A DNA stretch of 64,000 nt, taken from NCBI RefSeq assembly GCF_003018255.1, contig NZ_CP027440.1; one strand, written 5' to 3'. Within the stretch, counting starts at the first letter, position 1; each line of letters starts with the position of its first letter. A model generated the notes under the pieces. It searched no databases, was not told the DNA's origin, and was given only the letters and a program-made list of their open reading frames with translations. Positions 34,557-45,600 of this stretch are shown in pieces. The translations under genes were made by a program, and so were the position numbers. Source of the DNA: Escherichia coli. GTDB lineage: Bacteria; Pseudomonadota; Gammaproteobacteria; Enterobacterales; Enterobacteriaceae.

Positions 34557-34902
34557 TTTTCAGAATGCCTTTGATGCCGCCCTTGCGGGGGTGGACAGCA
34601 CGATTGTTGAAGTGATGGGGATCCGTGCGCAGTTCACCTCCGGAGCACAGCGTGGCGGTGAAGTTCTGGGGGTTTTTGACGATCCGGAGTCGCTGGGTTT
34701 TGCCGGTGGCGGGGTCCGTATTGAAGGAAGCAGCCCGTCATTATTTGTGCGGACGGATACGGTCCGTGCCGTGCGGCGTGGTGACACGCTGACCATTAAC
34801 GGCGGGATGTTCTGGGTGGATCGTGTTTCTCCGGATGACGGGGGCAGCTGTTATCTCTGGCTCAACCGTGGGCAACCACCCGCTGTTAACCGGCGACGAT
34901 AA
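34549..34902 (+). CDS. FII: head-tail joining protein FII-like
   Basis: 117 aa. GVFDDPES ... GVRIEGSSPSLFVRTD ... RRGDTLTI ... FWVDRVSPDDGGSCYLWLNRGQPPAVNRRR is near-identical to the lambda FII C-terminus. Confidence 0.9.
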   Translation: MRDFQNAFDAALAGVDSTIVEVMGIRAQFTSGAQRGGEVLGVFDDPESLGFAGGGVRIEGSSPSLFVRTDTVRAVRRGDTLTINGGMFWVDRVSPDDGGSCYLWLNRGQPPAVNRRR

Positions 34903-34917
34903 ACGCAGGGTGAAATT

Positions 34918-35493
34918 ATGGCGATAAAAGGGCTTGATCAGGCGATTGACAATCTGAGCCGGGTTCGTAAAAACGCCATTCCGGCGGCTTCAGCAATGAC
35001 GATTAACCGCGTGGCCACAACGGCGATTAATCAGTCTTCATCACAGGTTGCCCGGGAGACAAAGGTACGCCGGAAACTGGTTAAGGAACGGTCCAGACTG
35101 AAACGGGCCACGGTCAGAAATCCGAATGCAAAAATTATCGTTAACCGCGGTGATCTCCCTGTGATTAAGCTGGGGATCAGAATGCTGGGGCGTCGTCCGG
35201 ACAGCATACTCAAAGCCGGTCAGCATCGTTATCAGCGGGCATTTATCCAGCGATTAAATAATGGGCGCTGGCATGTTATGCAACGTCTTCCCGAAGCCAG
35301 ATATGAGAAGGGCTATGACGACAAGGGCAGGAAAAAGCGTAATCGCCTTCCCATTCAGGTGGTGAAAATCCCGATGGCGGCCCCACTGAAACAGGCGTTT
35401 GATGAAAACGTTGACCGTATCCGTCGTGAACGCCTGCCCAAAGAACTGGCATATGCGCTGAAACAACAACTGAGGATCGCGATAAAACGATGA
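34918..35493 (+). CDS. Z: tail completion protein gpZ-like
   Basis: 191 aa. MAIKGLDQAIDNLSR ... SSQVARETKVRRKLVKERSRLKRATV ... matches lambda Z. Confidence 0.88.
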   Translation: MAIKGLDQAIDNLSRVRKNAIPAASAMTINRVATTAINQSSSQVARETKVRRKLVKERSRLKRATVRNPNAKIIVNRGDLPVIKLGIRMLGRRPDSILKAGQHRYQRAFIQRLNNGRWHVMQRLPEARYEKGYDDKGRKKRNRLPIQVVKIPMAAPLKQAFDENVDRIRRERLPKELAYALKQQLRIAIKR

Positions 35494-35885
35494 AACACAC
35501 TGATATTCGTGCCGCAGTGCTGGATGCACTCGAGCAGCATGAACACGGGGCGACGCTGTTTGATGGTCGCCCCGTTGTTTTTGACGAAGAGGATTTTCCC
35601 GCGATCGCGGTTTATCTGACGGATGCAGAGTATACCGGTGAAGAGCTGGATGCAGATACCTGGCGGGCCACACTGCATATTGAGGTGTTTTTACCGGCAC
35701 AGGTACCGGATTCAGAGCTTGATCTGTGGATGGAAAGCCGGATTTACCCGGCGATAACTGCGATCCCGGCACTGGCGGGCATGATTACCACGATGGTTAC
35801 GCAGGGCTATGAGTATCGTCGTGATGACGATATGGCATTGTGGAGTTCTGCAGATCTGACTTATTCCATTACATACGAGATGTGA
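35490..35885 (+). CDS. U: tail terminator gpU-like
   Basis: 131 aa. Position and length match lambda U. ATGA coupling to Z. Confidence 0.8.
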   Translation: MKHTDIRAAVLDALEQHEHGATLFDGRPVVFDEEDFPAIAVYLTDAEYTGEELDADTWRATLHIEVFLPAQVPDSELDLWMESRIYPAITAIPALAGMITTMVTQGYEYRRDDDMALWSSADLTYSITYEM

Positions 35886-35892
35886 GGACGAT

Positions 35893-36642
35893 ATGGCAAC
35901 ACCAAATCCCCTGGAGCCGGTAAAAGGTGCCGGCACCACACTGTGGGTTTACACCGGCAAGGGTGATGCTTATGCAAACCCGTTATCAGACGATGACTGG
36001 CAGCGACTGGCGAAGGTGAAGGATCTGACGCCGGGCGAGATGACGGCAGAATCCTACGATGATAACTACCTGGATGATGAAGACGCGGACTGGACCGCGA
36101 CTGGACAGGGACAGAAATCTGCCGGTGACACCAGTTTTACGCTGGCCTGGAAGCCCGGCGAGAAAGGGCAGCGCGATTTGATTGCCTGGTTTGACAGCAG
36201 TGAGAGCCGGGCCTACAAAATCCGTTTCCCGAATGGCACGGTGGATGTGTTTCGTGGCTGGGTGAGCGCCATTGGTAAAGCGGTGACCGCCAAAGAGGTG
36301 ATCACCCGTACGGTAAAAATCACCAATATCGGTCGTCCGTCGCTGGCGGAAGATCAGGGGGACATCACACCGGTCACCGGTATTACCGTGACGCCACCAA
36401 CGGGCAATGTGGCAAAAGGTCAGAATATCACCCTGACCGTGGCTGTTCAGCCGGAAGGGGCGACAGATAAAACCTTCCGCGCCACGTCGGCGAATCAGAA
36501 TTTTGCGACCATTACCGTGAAAGGGAACACGATCACGGTGAAAGGTGTTGCGGCAGGTAAAGCGCAGATCCCTGTGGTCACCGGCAATGGTGAGTTTGCG
36601 GCGGTGGCGGAGATCACCGTCACGGATGGCGCTGCAGGCTGA
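35893..36642 (+). CDS. V: major tail tube protein gpV-like with a C-terminal Ig-like (Big_2) domain
   Basis: 249 aa. The C-terminal [63 protein letters not shown] is Big_2-like. Confidence 0.88.
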   Translation: MATPNPLEPVKGAGTTLWVYTGKGDAYANPLSDDDWQRLAKVKDLTPGEMTAESYDDNYLDDEDADWTATGQGQKSAGDTSFTLAWKPGEKGQRDLIAWFDSSESRAYKIRFPNGTVDVFRGWVSAIGKAVTAKEVITRTVKITNIGRPSLAEDQGDITPVTGITVTPPTGNVAKGQNITLTVAVQPEGATDKTFRATSANQNFATITVKGNTITVKGVAAGKAQIPVVTGNGEFAAVAEITVTDGAAG

Positions 36643-36657
36643 GAGGGGAGATAAAGC

Positions 36658-37089
36658 ATGTTTCTGAAAACAGAACAATTTGAATATAACGGTGTGTCTG
36701 TCACGCTTTCTGAGCTGTCTGCGCTGCAGCGTATTGAGCATCTTGCCCTCCTGAAACGGCGGGCAGAAGAGGCTGAAGCCAGCGGCAACCTGCAGGTGAG
36801 TGTGGAAGATCTTGTCAGAACCGGCGCGTTTCTGGTGGCGATGTCCCTGTGGCATAACCATCCACAGAAAACGCAGTCACCGTCAATGAATGAGGCCGTG
36901 ATGAAGATAGAGCAGGAAGTGCTCACCACCTGGCCTGCCGATGCCATTGCCCGGGCGGAAGACGTTGTGTTGTGCCTGTCCGGGATGATCGAAGCTGTTC
37001 GTCCGGATACTGATATTACTGAAGTGGCGAAAAATAACACGCTGACTGATGATGATTTTTCTGCGGGAAAGTCTTCGACGGCGAGCTGA
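36658..37089 (+). CDS. G: tail assembly chaperone gpG-like
   Basis: 143 aa. Ends just after a GGGAAAG slippery site. Confidence 0.8.
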   Translation: MFLKTEQFEYNGVSVTLSELSALQRIEHLALLKRRAEEAEASGNLQVSVEDLVRTGAFLVAMSLWHNHPQKTQSPSMNEAVMKIEQEVLTTWPADAIARAEDVVLCLSGMIEAVRPDTDITEVAKNNTLTDDDFSAGKSSTAS

Positions 37090-37529
37090 ACTTTGCCCTC
37101 AGACTGGCGCGTGAGATGGAGAGACCCGACTGGCGCGCCATGCTTGCCGGGATGACATCCACCGAATATGCCGACTGGCGACGTTTTTACCGCACGCATT
37201 ATTTTCACGATACCCAGCTGGATATGCATTTTTCCGGGCTGACGTACGCCGTACTCAGCCTGTTTTTTTGCGATCCGGATATGCATCCCTCGGATTTCAG
37301 TCTGCTTGTCCCCCGGCGTGAGGAAGCGCAGACGGAGAGGCCGGATGAGGAAGACATGCTGATGCAGAAAGCGGCAGGACTTGCCGGAGGCGTCCGGTTC
37401 GGTGGGGAGGGAGGGGGCGATATTTCACCTTCTGCGGATGTGGTGGATGTCAGCGAGGATGATGTTGCATTAATGATGGCTTCAGCGGGGATTTCCGGAG
37501 GTGTGAGATATGTCCCAGCCGGTTGGTGA
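36658..37529 (+). CDS. GT: gpGT fusion made by programmed -1 frameshift
   Basis: After GGGAAAG the -1 frame reads GKVFDGELNFALRLAREMERPDWRAMLAGMTSTEYADWRRFY. This matches lambda gpT. Confidence 0.7.
37065..37071 (+). promoter_or_regulatory. -1 ribosomal frameshift slippery heptamer G GGA AAG
   Basis: Identical heptamer and position to the lambda G/GT frameshift site. Confidence 0.75.
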
Positions 37530-40089
37530 TCTTGTTATTGACCTGAGTCTGGATGCGGTCCGTTTCGATGAGCAGATGACCCGCGTAAGGCGTCATTTTT
37601 CAGGACTGGAGACTGACGCCAGAAAAACCGCCACTGCTGTTGAGCAGGGGCTGAGCCGCCAGGCGCTGGCTGCACAAAAAGCCGGGATGTCCGTCGGGCA
37701 GTATAAAGCCGCCATGCGTATGCTACCCATGCAGTTCACCGACGTGGCCACGCAGCTTGCCGGTGGTCAGAATCCCTGGCTCATCCTGCTGCAACAGGGC
37801 GGTCAGGTGAAGGACTCATTCGGCGGGATGATCCCCATGTTCCGGGGGCTTGCCGGTGCGATCAGCCTGCCGATGGTCGGGGTCACCTCGCTGGCGGTGG
37901 CGACCGGTGCGCTGGCGTACGCCTGGTACCAGGGGGATTCCACGCTTTCAGCGTTTAATAAAACCCTGGTTCTTTCCGGTAATCAGTCAGGACTGACGGC
38001 AGAGCGCATGCTGACGCTCTCCAGAGCCGGGCAGGCGGCAGGGCTGACGTTTAACCAGGCGGGAGAGTCACTGGCAGCCCTGGTCAGTGCCGGTGTGCGT
38101 GGTGGTGAACAGTTTGATGCCATTAACCAGAGTGTGGCGCGTTTTGCGTCTGCCTCCGGTGTGGAGGTGGACAAGGTTGCAGAGGCTTTCGGAAAACTGA
38201 CCACCGACCCGACGTCGGGACTGATGGCGATGGCGCGCCAGTTCCGTAACGTGACGGCGGAGCAGATTGCGTATGTTGTTCAGCTGCAGCGTTCCGGAGA
38301 CGAGGCCGGTGCCTTACAGGCGGCGAACGATATTGCCACGAAAGGCTTTGATGACCAGACCCGCCGCCTGAAAGAGAACATGGGGACGCTGGAAACCTGG
38401 GCGGATAAAACAGGAAAGGCGTTCAAATCGATGTGGGATGCCATTCTGGATATCGGTCGTCCTGAATCCTCAGCGGATATGCTCGCCAGTGCGCAGAAGG
38501 CATTTGATGAGGCGGATAAAAAATGGCAGTGGTACCAGAGCCGGAGCCAGCGCCGCGGTAAAACCTCCTCTTTCCGGGCCAACCTTCAGGGTGCATGGGA
38601 TGACCGGGAAAATGCCCGTCTGGGGCTGGCGGCGGCAACGCTGCAGTCGGATATGGAAAAAGCCGGTGAACTGGCGGCAAGGGACAGGGCTGAGCGTGAG
38701 GCGTCACAGCTGAAGTATACCGGAGAGGCGCAGAAAGCGTATGAACGCCTGTTGTCGCCGCTGGATAAATATACCGCCCGGCAGAAAGAGCTGAATCAGG
38801 CCCTGAAAGACGGGAAAATCCTGCAGGCAGATTACAACACGCTGATGGCGTCGGCGAAAAAGGATTATGAATCAACGCAGAAAAAACCGAAGTCGTCAGG
38901 TGTCAGAGTGTCAGCCGGGGAGCGTCAGGAAGACCGGGCGCATGCAGCCCTGCTTGCCCTTGAAGCTGAACTCAGGACGCTGGAAAAACACAGCGGTGCG
39001 AATGAGAAAATCAGCCGGCAGCGCCGTGATTTATGGAAGGCAGAAAGTCAGTATGCGGTCCTGAAAGAGGCTGCCACGAAACGACAGTTATCCGGGCAGG
39101 AAAAATCCCTGCTGGCTCATGAGAAAGAAACGCTGGAGTACAAACGCCAGCTGGCTGAGCTGGGTGACAAGGTTGAATACCAGAAACGGCTGAATGAGCT
39201 GGCACAGCAGGCGGCACGGTTTGAAGAGCAGCAGAGCGCGAAGCAGGCCGCCATCAGCGCAAAAGCCCGTGGTCTCACTGACCGTCAGGCGCAGCGGGAG
39301 TCTGAAGAGCAGCGTCTTCGTGACGTGTATGGCGATAATCCGCAGGCGCTGGCCCGGGTCACCGGGGCACTGAAACAGACATGGGCGGATGAAGACATGC
39401 TGCGCGGTGACTGGCTGGCCGGGCTGAAGTCCGGCTGGGGTGAGTGGACGGAAAGTGCGACGGACAGTTTTTCGCAGGTTAAAAGTGCTGCCACGCAGAC
39501 CTTTGACGGTATTGCACAGAATATGACGGCGATGCTGACCGGTGCAGAGGCAGACTGGCGGGGATTCACCCGTTCGGTGCTGTCCATGATGACAGAAATC
39601 CTGCTTAAACAGGCCATGGTGGGCATTGTCGGACGTATCGGCAGCGCCATTGGTGGTGCTTTCGGTGGTGGGGCGTCTGCCTCCACGGGGACGGCCATTG
39701 AGGCTGCGGCGGCGAACTTCCATTTTGCGACCGGCGGATTTACGGGCACGGGCGGCAAATATGAGCCTGCGGGGATAGTTCACCGCGGGGAGTTTGTCTT
39801 CACGAAGGAGGCAACCAGCCGGATAGGTGTGGGGAATCTTTACCGCCTGATGCGCGGCTATGCGGAAGGGGGGTATGTGGGTGGTGCCGGAAGTCCGGCG
39901 CAGATGCGGCGGGCGGAAGGTATTAATTTTAATCAGAACAATCACGTGGTGATTCAGAACGACGGTATCAACGGACAGGCGGGGCCGCAGCTGATGAAGG
40001 CGGTGTATGACATGGCCCGCAAGGGGGCGCAGGATGAGCTCCGGCTGCAGTTGCGTGATGGCGGTATGTTATCAGGGAGCGGGCGATGA
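37510..40089 (+). CDS. H: tape measure protein gpH-like
   Basis: 859 aa (lambda H is 853 aa). Position, Ala/Gln-rich helical composition and a C-terminal Gly-rich region. Confidence 0.9.
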   Translation: MSQPVGDLVIDLSLDAVRFDEQMTRVRRHFSGLETDARKTATAVEQGLSRQALAAQKAGMSVGQYKAAMRMLPMQFTDVATQLAGGQNPWLILLQQGGQVKDSFGGMIPMFRGLAGAISLPMVGVTSLAVATGALAYAWYQGDSTLSAFNKTLVLSGNQSGLTAERMLTLSRAGQAAGLTFNQAGESLAALVSAGVRGGEQFDAINQSVARFASASGVEVDKVAEAFGKLTTDPTSGLMAMARQFRNVTAEQIAYVVQLQRSGDEAGALQAANDIATKGFDDQTRRLKENMGTLETWADKTGKAFKSMWDAILDIGRPESSADMLASAQKAFDEADKKWQWYQSRSQRRGKTSSFRANLQGAWDDRENARLGLAAATLQSDMEKAGELAARDRAEREASQLKYTGEAQKAYERLLSPLDKYTARQKELNQALKDGKILQADYNTLMASAKKDYESTQKKPKSSGVRVSAGERQEDRAHAALLALEAELRTLEKHSGANEKISRQRRDLWKAESQYAVLKEAATKRQLSGQEKSLLAHEKETLEYKRQLAELGDKVEYQKRLNELAQQAARFEEQQSAKQAAISAKARGLTDRQAQRESEEQRLRDVYGDNPQALARVTGALKQTWADEDMLRGDWLAGLKSGWGEWTESATDSFSQVKSAATQTFDGIAQNMTAMLTGAEADWRGFTRSVLSMMTEILLKQAMVGIVGRIGSAIGGAFGGGASASTGTAIEAAAANFHFATGGFTGTGGKYEPAGIVHRGEFVFTKEATSRIGVGNLYRLMRGYAEGGYVGGAGSPAQMRRAEGINFNQNNHVVIQNDGINGQAGPQLMKAVYDMARKGAQDELRLQLRDGGMLSGSGR

Positions 40090-40415
40090 AAACCTTTCGC
40101 TGGAAAGTGAAGCCGGATATGGAGGTGAACTCGCAGCCGTCGGTGCGTGAAGTGCGTTTTGGTGACGGGTACTCACAGCGTATGGCGGCAGGGCTGAATG
40201 CTGACCTGAAAACATACCGGGTGATGCTTTCCGTGAGCCGGGAGGAGGCCCGGCATCTGGAAGCGTTCCTGGCAGAGCACGGGGGCTGGAAGGCATTTTT
40301 GTGGAAGCCACCCTATGCATACCGGCAGATAAAGGTGACCTGTGCCGGGTGGTCTGCGCGGGTCGGGATGTTGCGCGTTGAGTTCAGCGCGGAGTTTAAG
40401 CAGGTGGTGAACTGA
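40086..40415 (+). CDS. M: minor tail protein gpM-like
   Basis: 109 aa. Same position and length as lambda M. Confidence 0.85.
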   Translation: MKTFRWKVKPDMEVNSQPSVREVRFGDGYSQRMAAGLNADLKTYRVMLSVSREEARHLEAFLAEHGGWKAFLWKPPYAYRQIKVTCAGWSARVGMLRVEFSAEFKQVVN

Positions 40416-41113
40416 TGCAGGATATTCACGAAGCAAGCCTGAACGAGTCGGTTAAATCAGAGCAGTCACCGCGGGTGGTGCTCTGGGAAATCGACCTGAC
40501 GGTGCAGGGCGGTGAGCGGTATTTTTTCTGCAATGAGCTGAATGAAAAAGGGGAGCCGGTGACCTGGCAGGGGCGTGAATATCAGGCGTACCCGATTGAG
40601 GGGAGTGGCTTTGAGATGAACGGAAAGGGCAGCAGTGCCCGCCCGTCGCTGACGGTGTCCAATCTTTTCGGCCTTGTCACCGGGATGGCGGAGGATTTGC
40701 AGAGCCTGGTGGGGGCCACGGTGGTCCGTCGCCGGGTGTATGCGCGTTTTCTTGATGCGGTGAACTTTGTGGCAGGCAATCCTGAGGCCGACCCGGAGCA
40801 GGAGCTGACGGACCGGTGGGTGGTGGAGCAGATGTCAGCGCTGACGGCCATGACGGCCTCGTTTGTGCTGGCGACACCGACGGAGACGGACGGTGCGCTG
40901 TTTCCCGGTCGCATCATGCTGGCGAACACCTGTATGTGGGATTACCGGGGCGATGAATGCGGGTATAACGGTCCGGCAGTGGCGGATGAGTTCGACAACC
41001 CCACCACGGATATCCGGAAGGACAGATGCAGTAAATGCATGCGCGGGTGTGAGATGCGCGGCATGGTGGCTAATTTCGGCGGTTTCCTTTCCATCAATAA
41101 ACTTTCGCAGTAA
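40415..41113 (+). CDS. L: minor tail protein gpL-like
   Basis: 232 aa. VVLWEIDLT ... GERYFFCNE.NEKGEPVTWQGR.YQ.YPI.GSGFE.NGKG ... GGFLSINKLSQ matches lambda L. Confidence 0.92.
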   Translation: MQDIHEASLNESVKSEQSPRVVLWEIDLTVQGGERYFFCNELNEKGEPVTWQGREYQAYPIEGSGFEMNGKGSSARPSLTVSNLFGLVTGMAEDLQSLVGATVVRRRVYARFLDAVNFVAGNPEADPEQELTDRWVVEQMSALTAMTASFVLATPTETDGALFPGRIMLANTCMWDYRGDECGYNGPAVADEFDNPTTDIRKDRCSKCMRGCEMRGMVANFGGFLSINKLSQ

Positions 41114-41123
41114 ATCCCGTTTT

Positions 41124-41867
41124 ATGACACAGACTGAATCAGCGATTCTGGCGCATGCCCGGCGGTGTGCGCCAGCGGAGTCGTGCGGCTTCGTGATAAG
41201 CACCCCGGAGGGCGAACGGTACCAGCCCTGCGTGAATATCTCTGCAGAGCCGGAGGCGTATTTTCGTATTGCACCGGAAGACTGGCTGCAGGCACAGATG
41301 CAGGGGGAGATTGTGGCGCTGGTCCACAGTCATCCCGGTGGTCTGCCCTGGCTGAGCGAGGCGGACCGGCGGCTGCAGATAAAGAGTGCCCTGCCCTGGT
41401 GGCTGGTCTGCCGGGGTGAAATTCACCGCTTCCGCTGTGTGCCGCACCTGACCGGACGGCGCTTTGAACACGGTGTGACGGACTGTTACACCCTGTTCCG
41501 GGATGCATACCATCTGGCGGGGATTGAGATGCCGGATTTTCACCGTGAGGATGACTGGTGGCGCAACGGCCAGAACCTGTACCTGGACAACCTGGCGGAA
41601 AACGGCTTTTGCCGGGTGTCCCTGTCCTCTGCACAGGCAGGCGATATCCTGCTGTGCTGCTTTGGTGCATCGGTGCCGAATCATGCCGCCATTTACTGTG
41701 GCAACTGTGAACTGCTTCACCATATACCTGAACAACTGAGTAAACGGGAGAGGTATTCTGAAAAATGGCAACGACGAACGCATTCTGTCTGGCGTCACCG
41801 CCACTGGTCCGCATCTGCCTTCACGGGGATTTACAACGATTTGGTCGCCGCATCAGTCTGTATGTGA
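41124..41867 (+). CDS. K: tail tip assembly protein gpK-like (MPN/JAB plus NlpC/P60)
   Basis: 247 aa from the ATG at 41124. JAB-like EIVALVHSHPGG and a P60-like C-terminus (DCYTLFRDAY ... HAAIY). Confidence 0.85.
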   Translation: MTQTESAILAHARRCAPAESCGFVISTPEGERYQPCVNISAEPEAYFRIAPEDWLQAQMQGEIVALVHSHPGGLPWLSEADRRLQIKSALPWWLVCRGEIHRFRCVPHLTGRRFEHGVTDCYTLFRDAYHLAGIEMPDFHREDDWWRNGQNLYLDNLAENGFCRVSLSSAQAGDILLCCFGASVPNHAAIYCGNCELLHHIPEQLSKRERYSEKWQRRTHSVWRHRHWSASAFTGIYNDLVAASVCM

Positions 41868-42445
41868 ACACGGCAGCGGAGGCCATCCGTGCCCTGTCGC
41901 AGCAGGTGCCGGGATTCCGCTGTCAGATGAACGAAGGCTGGTACCAGATACGTATTGCCGGTGAGGATACCGCGCCGGAGGCGGTGTATGCCCGTCTTCA
42001 TGAACCGCTGAGCGGGAGGGCCGTGATTCATATTGTACCGAGGCTGGCAGGGGCCGGGGGAAATGGTGTTTTTCAGGTGGTGCTGGGGGCTGCAGCCATC
42101 GTGGGCTCTTTCTTCACCGCCGGTGCAACGATGGCGTTGTGGGGCGCAGCCCTGAGTGCCGGAGGGCTGACTGCCACCACGATGCTGTTCTCACTGGGTG
42201 CCAGCATGATACTGGGTGGTGTGGCCCAGATGCTGGCCCCGAAGGCAAAGACGCCGGAATACAAAAGTACGGATAACGGTAAACAGAACACGTATTTTTC
42301 GTCACTGGACAACATGATTGCCCAGGGTAACCCGGTGCCGGTGCCTTACGGTGAAATGCTGGTTGGTTCACGACGGATATCCCAGGACATCAGCACCCGT
42401 GATGAGGGCGGTGACGGGAAAGTGGTGGTTATCGGGCGGGGATGA
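41765..42445 (+). CDS. I: tail assembly protein gpI-like
   Basis: 226 aa. RICLHGDLQRFGRRI ... GVFQVVLGAAAIVGSFFTAGAT ... KQNTYFSSLDNM.AQGN.VPV.YGEM.VGSR matches lambda I. Confidence 0.9.
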   Translation: MATTNAFCLASPPLVRICLHGDLQRFGRRISLYVNTAAEAIRALSQQVPGFRCQMNEGWYQIRIAGEDTAPEAVYARLHEPLSGRAVIHIVPRLAGAGGNGVFQVVLGAAAIVGSFFTAGATMALWGAALSAGGLTATTMLFSLGASMILGGVAQMLAPKAKTPEYKSTDNGKQNTYFSSLDNMIAQGNPVPVPYGEMLVGSRRISQDISTRDEGGDGKVVVIGRG

Positions 42446-42481
42446 AAATAAAAAAATCCCGCAGTGCTCGGCGGCTGCGGG
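42446..42481 (-). terminator. minus-strand rho-independent terminator in the I-J spacer
   Basis: Read on the minus strand: CCCGCAG, a 10-nt loop, CTGCGGG, then ATTTTTTTATTTT. Confidence 0.5.
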
Positions 42482-42545
42482 AAGAGATACGAAGATTAAC
42501 TTTAAGGAATTATTATGCCACGGCAAAAAACGGTAACGCAGAGAA

Positions 42546-42572
42546 ATTATAAGCACAACCAGGATTTTGCAA
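42546..42572 (-). promoter_or_regulatory. minus-strand sigma70-like promoter candidate
   Basis: Minus strand reads TTGCAA, a 15-nt spacer (16 nt if the -35 is TTTGCA), then the consensus TATAAT. Lies about 90 nt upstream of the minus-strand terminator. Confidence 0.4.
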
Positions 42573-42612
42573 AAATGTGAAGAATTTCAGAAATTTTATT
42601 CCGTCATGACAC

Positions 42613-42641
42613 AGGCACCCTCCGGGGTGCCTGTTGTTTTT
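42613..42641 (+). terminator. plus-strand rho-independent terminator just before J
   Basis: AGGCACCC-TCCG-GGGTGCCT followed by GTTGTTTTT. Confidence 0.55.
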
Positions 42642-42684
42642 GGGCATAAACAGATTCAGACATCAGACAGGAGAGGGGGACAGA

Positions 42685-45600
42685 GTGGGTAAAGGGGGCG
42701 GCAAGGGGCACACACCGCGTGAGGCGAAGGACAATCTCAAGTCAACGCAGATGATGAGCGTGATTGATGCCATTGGTGAGGGACCGGTGGAAGGTCCGGT
42801 GAAGGGACTGCAGAGTATTCTGGTGAACAAAACCCCGCTGACGGACACGGACGGTAATCCCGTGATACACGGTGTGACCGCCGTCTGGCGTGCCGGGGAG
42901 CAGGAGCAGACACCACCTGAAGGCTTTGAGTCCTCCGGGGCGGAAACCGCACTGGGCGTGGAGGTGACGAAGGCAAAGCCGGTGACGCGCACTATCACGT
43001 CAGCGAACATTGACCGTCTGCGGGTCACCTTCGGGGTGCAGTCACTGGTGGAGACCACCTCAAAGGGTGACCGTAATCCCTCTTCTGTCCGCCTGCTGAT
43101 TCAGCTTGAGCGTAACGGTAACTGGGTGACGGAGAAGGATGTCACCATTAACGGCAAGACCACCTCGCAGTACCTGACGTCGGTGATTCTGAATAATCTC
43201 CCTGAGCGGCCCTTTAACATCCGGGTGGTCAGGGTGACGGCGGACAGTACCACGGACCAGCTGCAGAACAGAACGCTGTGGTCGTCATACACCGAAATCA
43301 TCGATGTGAAACAGTGCTACCCGAACACGGCCATTGTGGGGCTGCAGGTGGATGCGGAGCAGTTCGGTGGTCAGCAGATGGTGGTGAACTACCATATCCG
43401 CGGCCGCATCATTCAGGTGCCGTCAAACTATGACCCGGAAAAACGCACCTACAGCGGTATCTGGGACGGCAGTCTGAAACCGGCATACAGCAATAACCCG
43501 GCCTGGTGCCTGTGGGACATGCTGACTCACCCGCGCTACGGGATGGGAAAACGCCTGGGGGGCGCGGATGTGGACAAGTGGGCGCTGTATGCCATCGGGC
43601 AGTACTGCGACCAGACGGTCCCGGATGGTTTCGGGGGCACAGAGCCGCGGATGACCTTTAATGCGTACCTGTCACAGCAGCGTAAGGTGTGGGATGTCCT
43701 GGGGGATTTCTGCTCGGCGATGCGCTGTATGCCGGTATGGAACGGCCAGACGCTGACGTTCGTTCAGGACCGCCCGTCGGATGTGGTGTGGCCGTACACC
43801 AACAGCGATGTGGTGGTGGATGATAACGGCGTGGGGTTCCGCTACAGCTTCAGTGCCCTGAAGGACCGGCACACGGCGGTGGAGGTGAATTACACCGACC
43901 CGCAGAACGGCTGGCAGACTTCCACGGAACTGGTGGAAGACCCGGACGCCATCCTGCGCTACGGGCGCAATCTGCTGAAGATGGATGCGTTCGGCTGTAC
44001 CAGCCGCGGTCAGGCCCACCGTGCCGGACTGTGGGTGATAAAGACCGAACTGCTGGAAACGCAGACGGTGGATTTCACGCTCGGGTCTCAGGGGCTGCGG
44101 CACACACCCGGTGACATCATTGAAATCTGTGATAACGACTATGCCGGGACCCTGACCGGCGGACGCATCCTGTCCATCGATGCCGCCAGCCGCACACTGA
44201 CGCTGGACCGTGAGGTGACACTGCCGGAGACAGGGACATCGACGGTGAACCTGATTAACGGCAGCGGTAAGCCGGTGCGCGTGGACATCACTGCACACCC
44301 CGCCCCGGACCGGATACAGGTCAGCGTCCTGCCTGATGGCGTGGCAACATACGGTGTGTGGGGACTCTCCCTGCCGTCACTGCGTCGTCGCCTGTTCCGC
44401 TGTGTTTCCATCCGGGAAAACACGGACGGCACCTTTGCCATCACGGCAGTGCAGCACGTACCGGAAAAAGAAGCCATTGTGGATAACGGAGCCCGCTTTG
44501 AGCCGATGTCCGGCTCACTGAACAGCGTCATCCCGCCGGCAGTGCAGCACCTTACGGTGGAGGTGAGTGCCTCAGACGGCCAGTATCTGGCGCTGGCGAA
44601 ATGGGACACGCCGCGGGTGGTGAAGGGCGTGCGCTTCAGTCTGCGCCTGACCAGCGGAAACGGTGAAAACAGCCGCCTGGTGACCAGCGCCATCACGGCG
44701 GACACGGAGCACCGTTTCAGTGGCCTGCCGCTCGGGGAATACACCCTGACGGTCAGGGCGATAAACAGCTACGGCCAGCAGGGCGAACCTGCCACCACCA
44801 CATTCCGGATTAATGCACCGGCGGCACCGGCCAGCATTGAACTGACGCCGGGCTATTTTCAGATAACGGTGGTCCCGCATCCTGCGGTGTATGACCCGAC
44901 GGTACAGTATGAATTCTGGTTCTCAGAAAAACGCATCACGGACACGGCACAGGTGGAAACCTCTGCCCGTTATCTGGGTACCGGCAGCCAGTGGAGCGTC
45001 TCCGGCCCGCACATTAAGCCGGGGAAGGATTTCTGGTTTTATGTGCGCAGCGTCAACCTGGTGGGGAAATCTGCGTTTGTGGAGGCCAGCGGGCAGGCCA
45101 GCAATGATGGTGAAGGGTATCTGGAAATTTTCCGTGGGCTGATAGATGAGGCGCTGCTGGGGAAGGCACTGAAAGAGCGTATTGATGCGTCAGCCCTGCG
45201 TACTGAGGTCACGCAACTGGAAGAAGACATCCGCCAGCGGCTGGAGACGGATGTTGCGGAAGTGACCCGAAAAATCGGGGAGGCGGAAAACAGCCTCACG
45301 CAGCTGGTTGCGAAAAAGAATGAGGACCAGACGCTGGCCATCGCGCAGGTGAGTCAGCAGGTGGACCGGGTGAGCAGTGAAATCACACAGACAGTCAGCC
45401 AGAGCACGGAGGAAAACGCCAGGCAGATAGCGCAGGTCCGCCAGTACGTGGATGACAAAGGGAGTGAAATCACCTCGACCACGGATAAAAAGCTGGAAGA
45501 CCAGAGCGCCACCATACAGCAGATACAGCAGGTCCAGTCAGACACGAATGATGAGCTGGCAGCGCTGTACATGCTGAAGGTGCAGAAAACGAAAAACGGC

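Noticed and set aside
35986-37286. 291-aa and 263-aa minus-strand ORFs
   Set aside because: They are antisense to the well-supported V, G and T tail genes and have low-complexity Arg/Gly/His-rich translations.
39088-39945. 285-aa and 157-aa minus-strand ORFs inside the tape measure gene
   Set aside because: Shadow frames of gpH. The plus frame matches lambda H in position and length.
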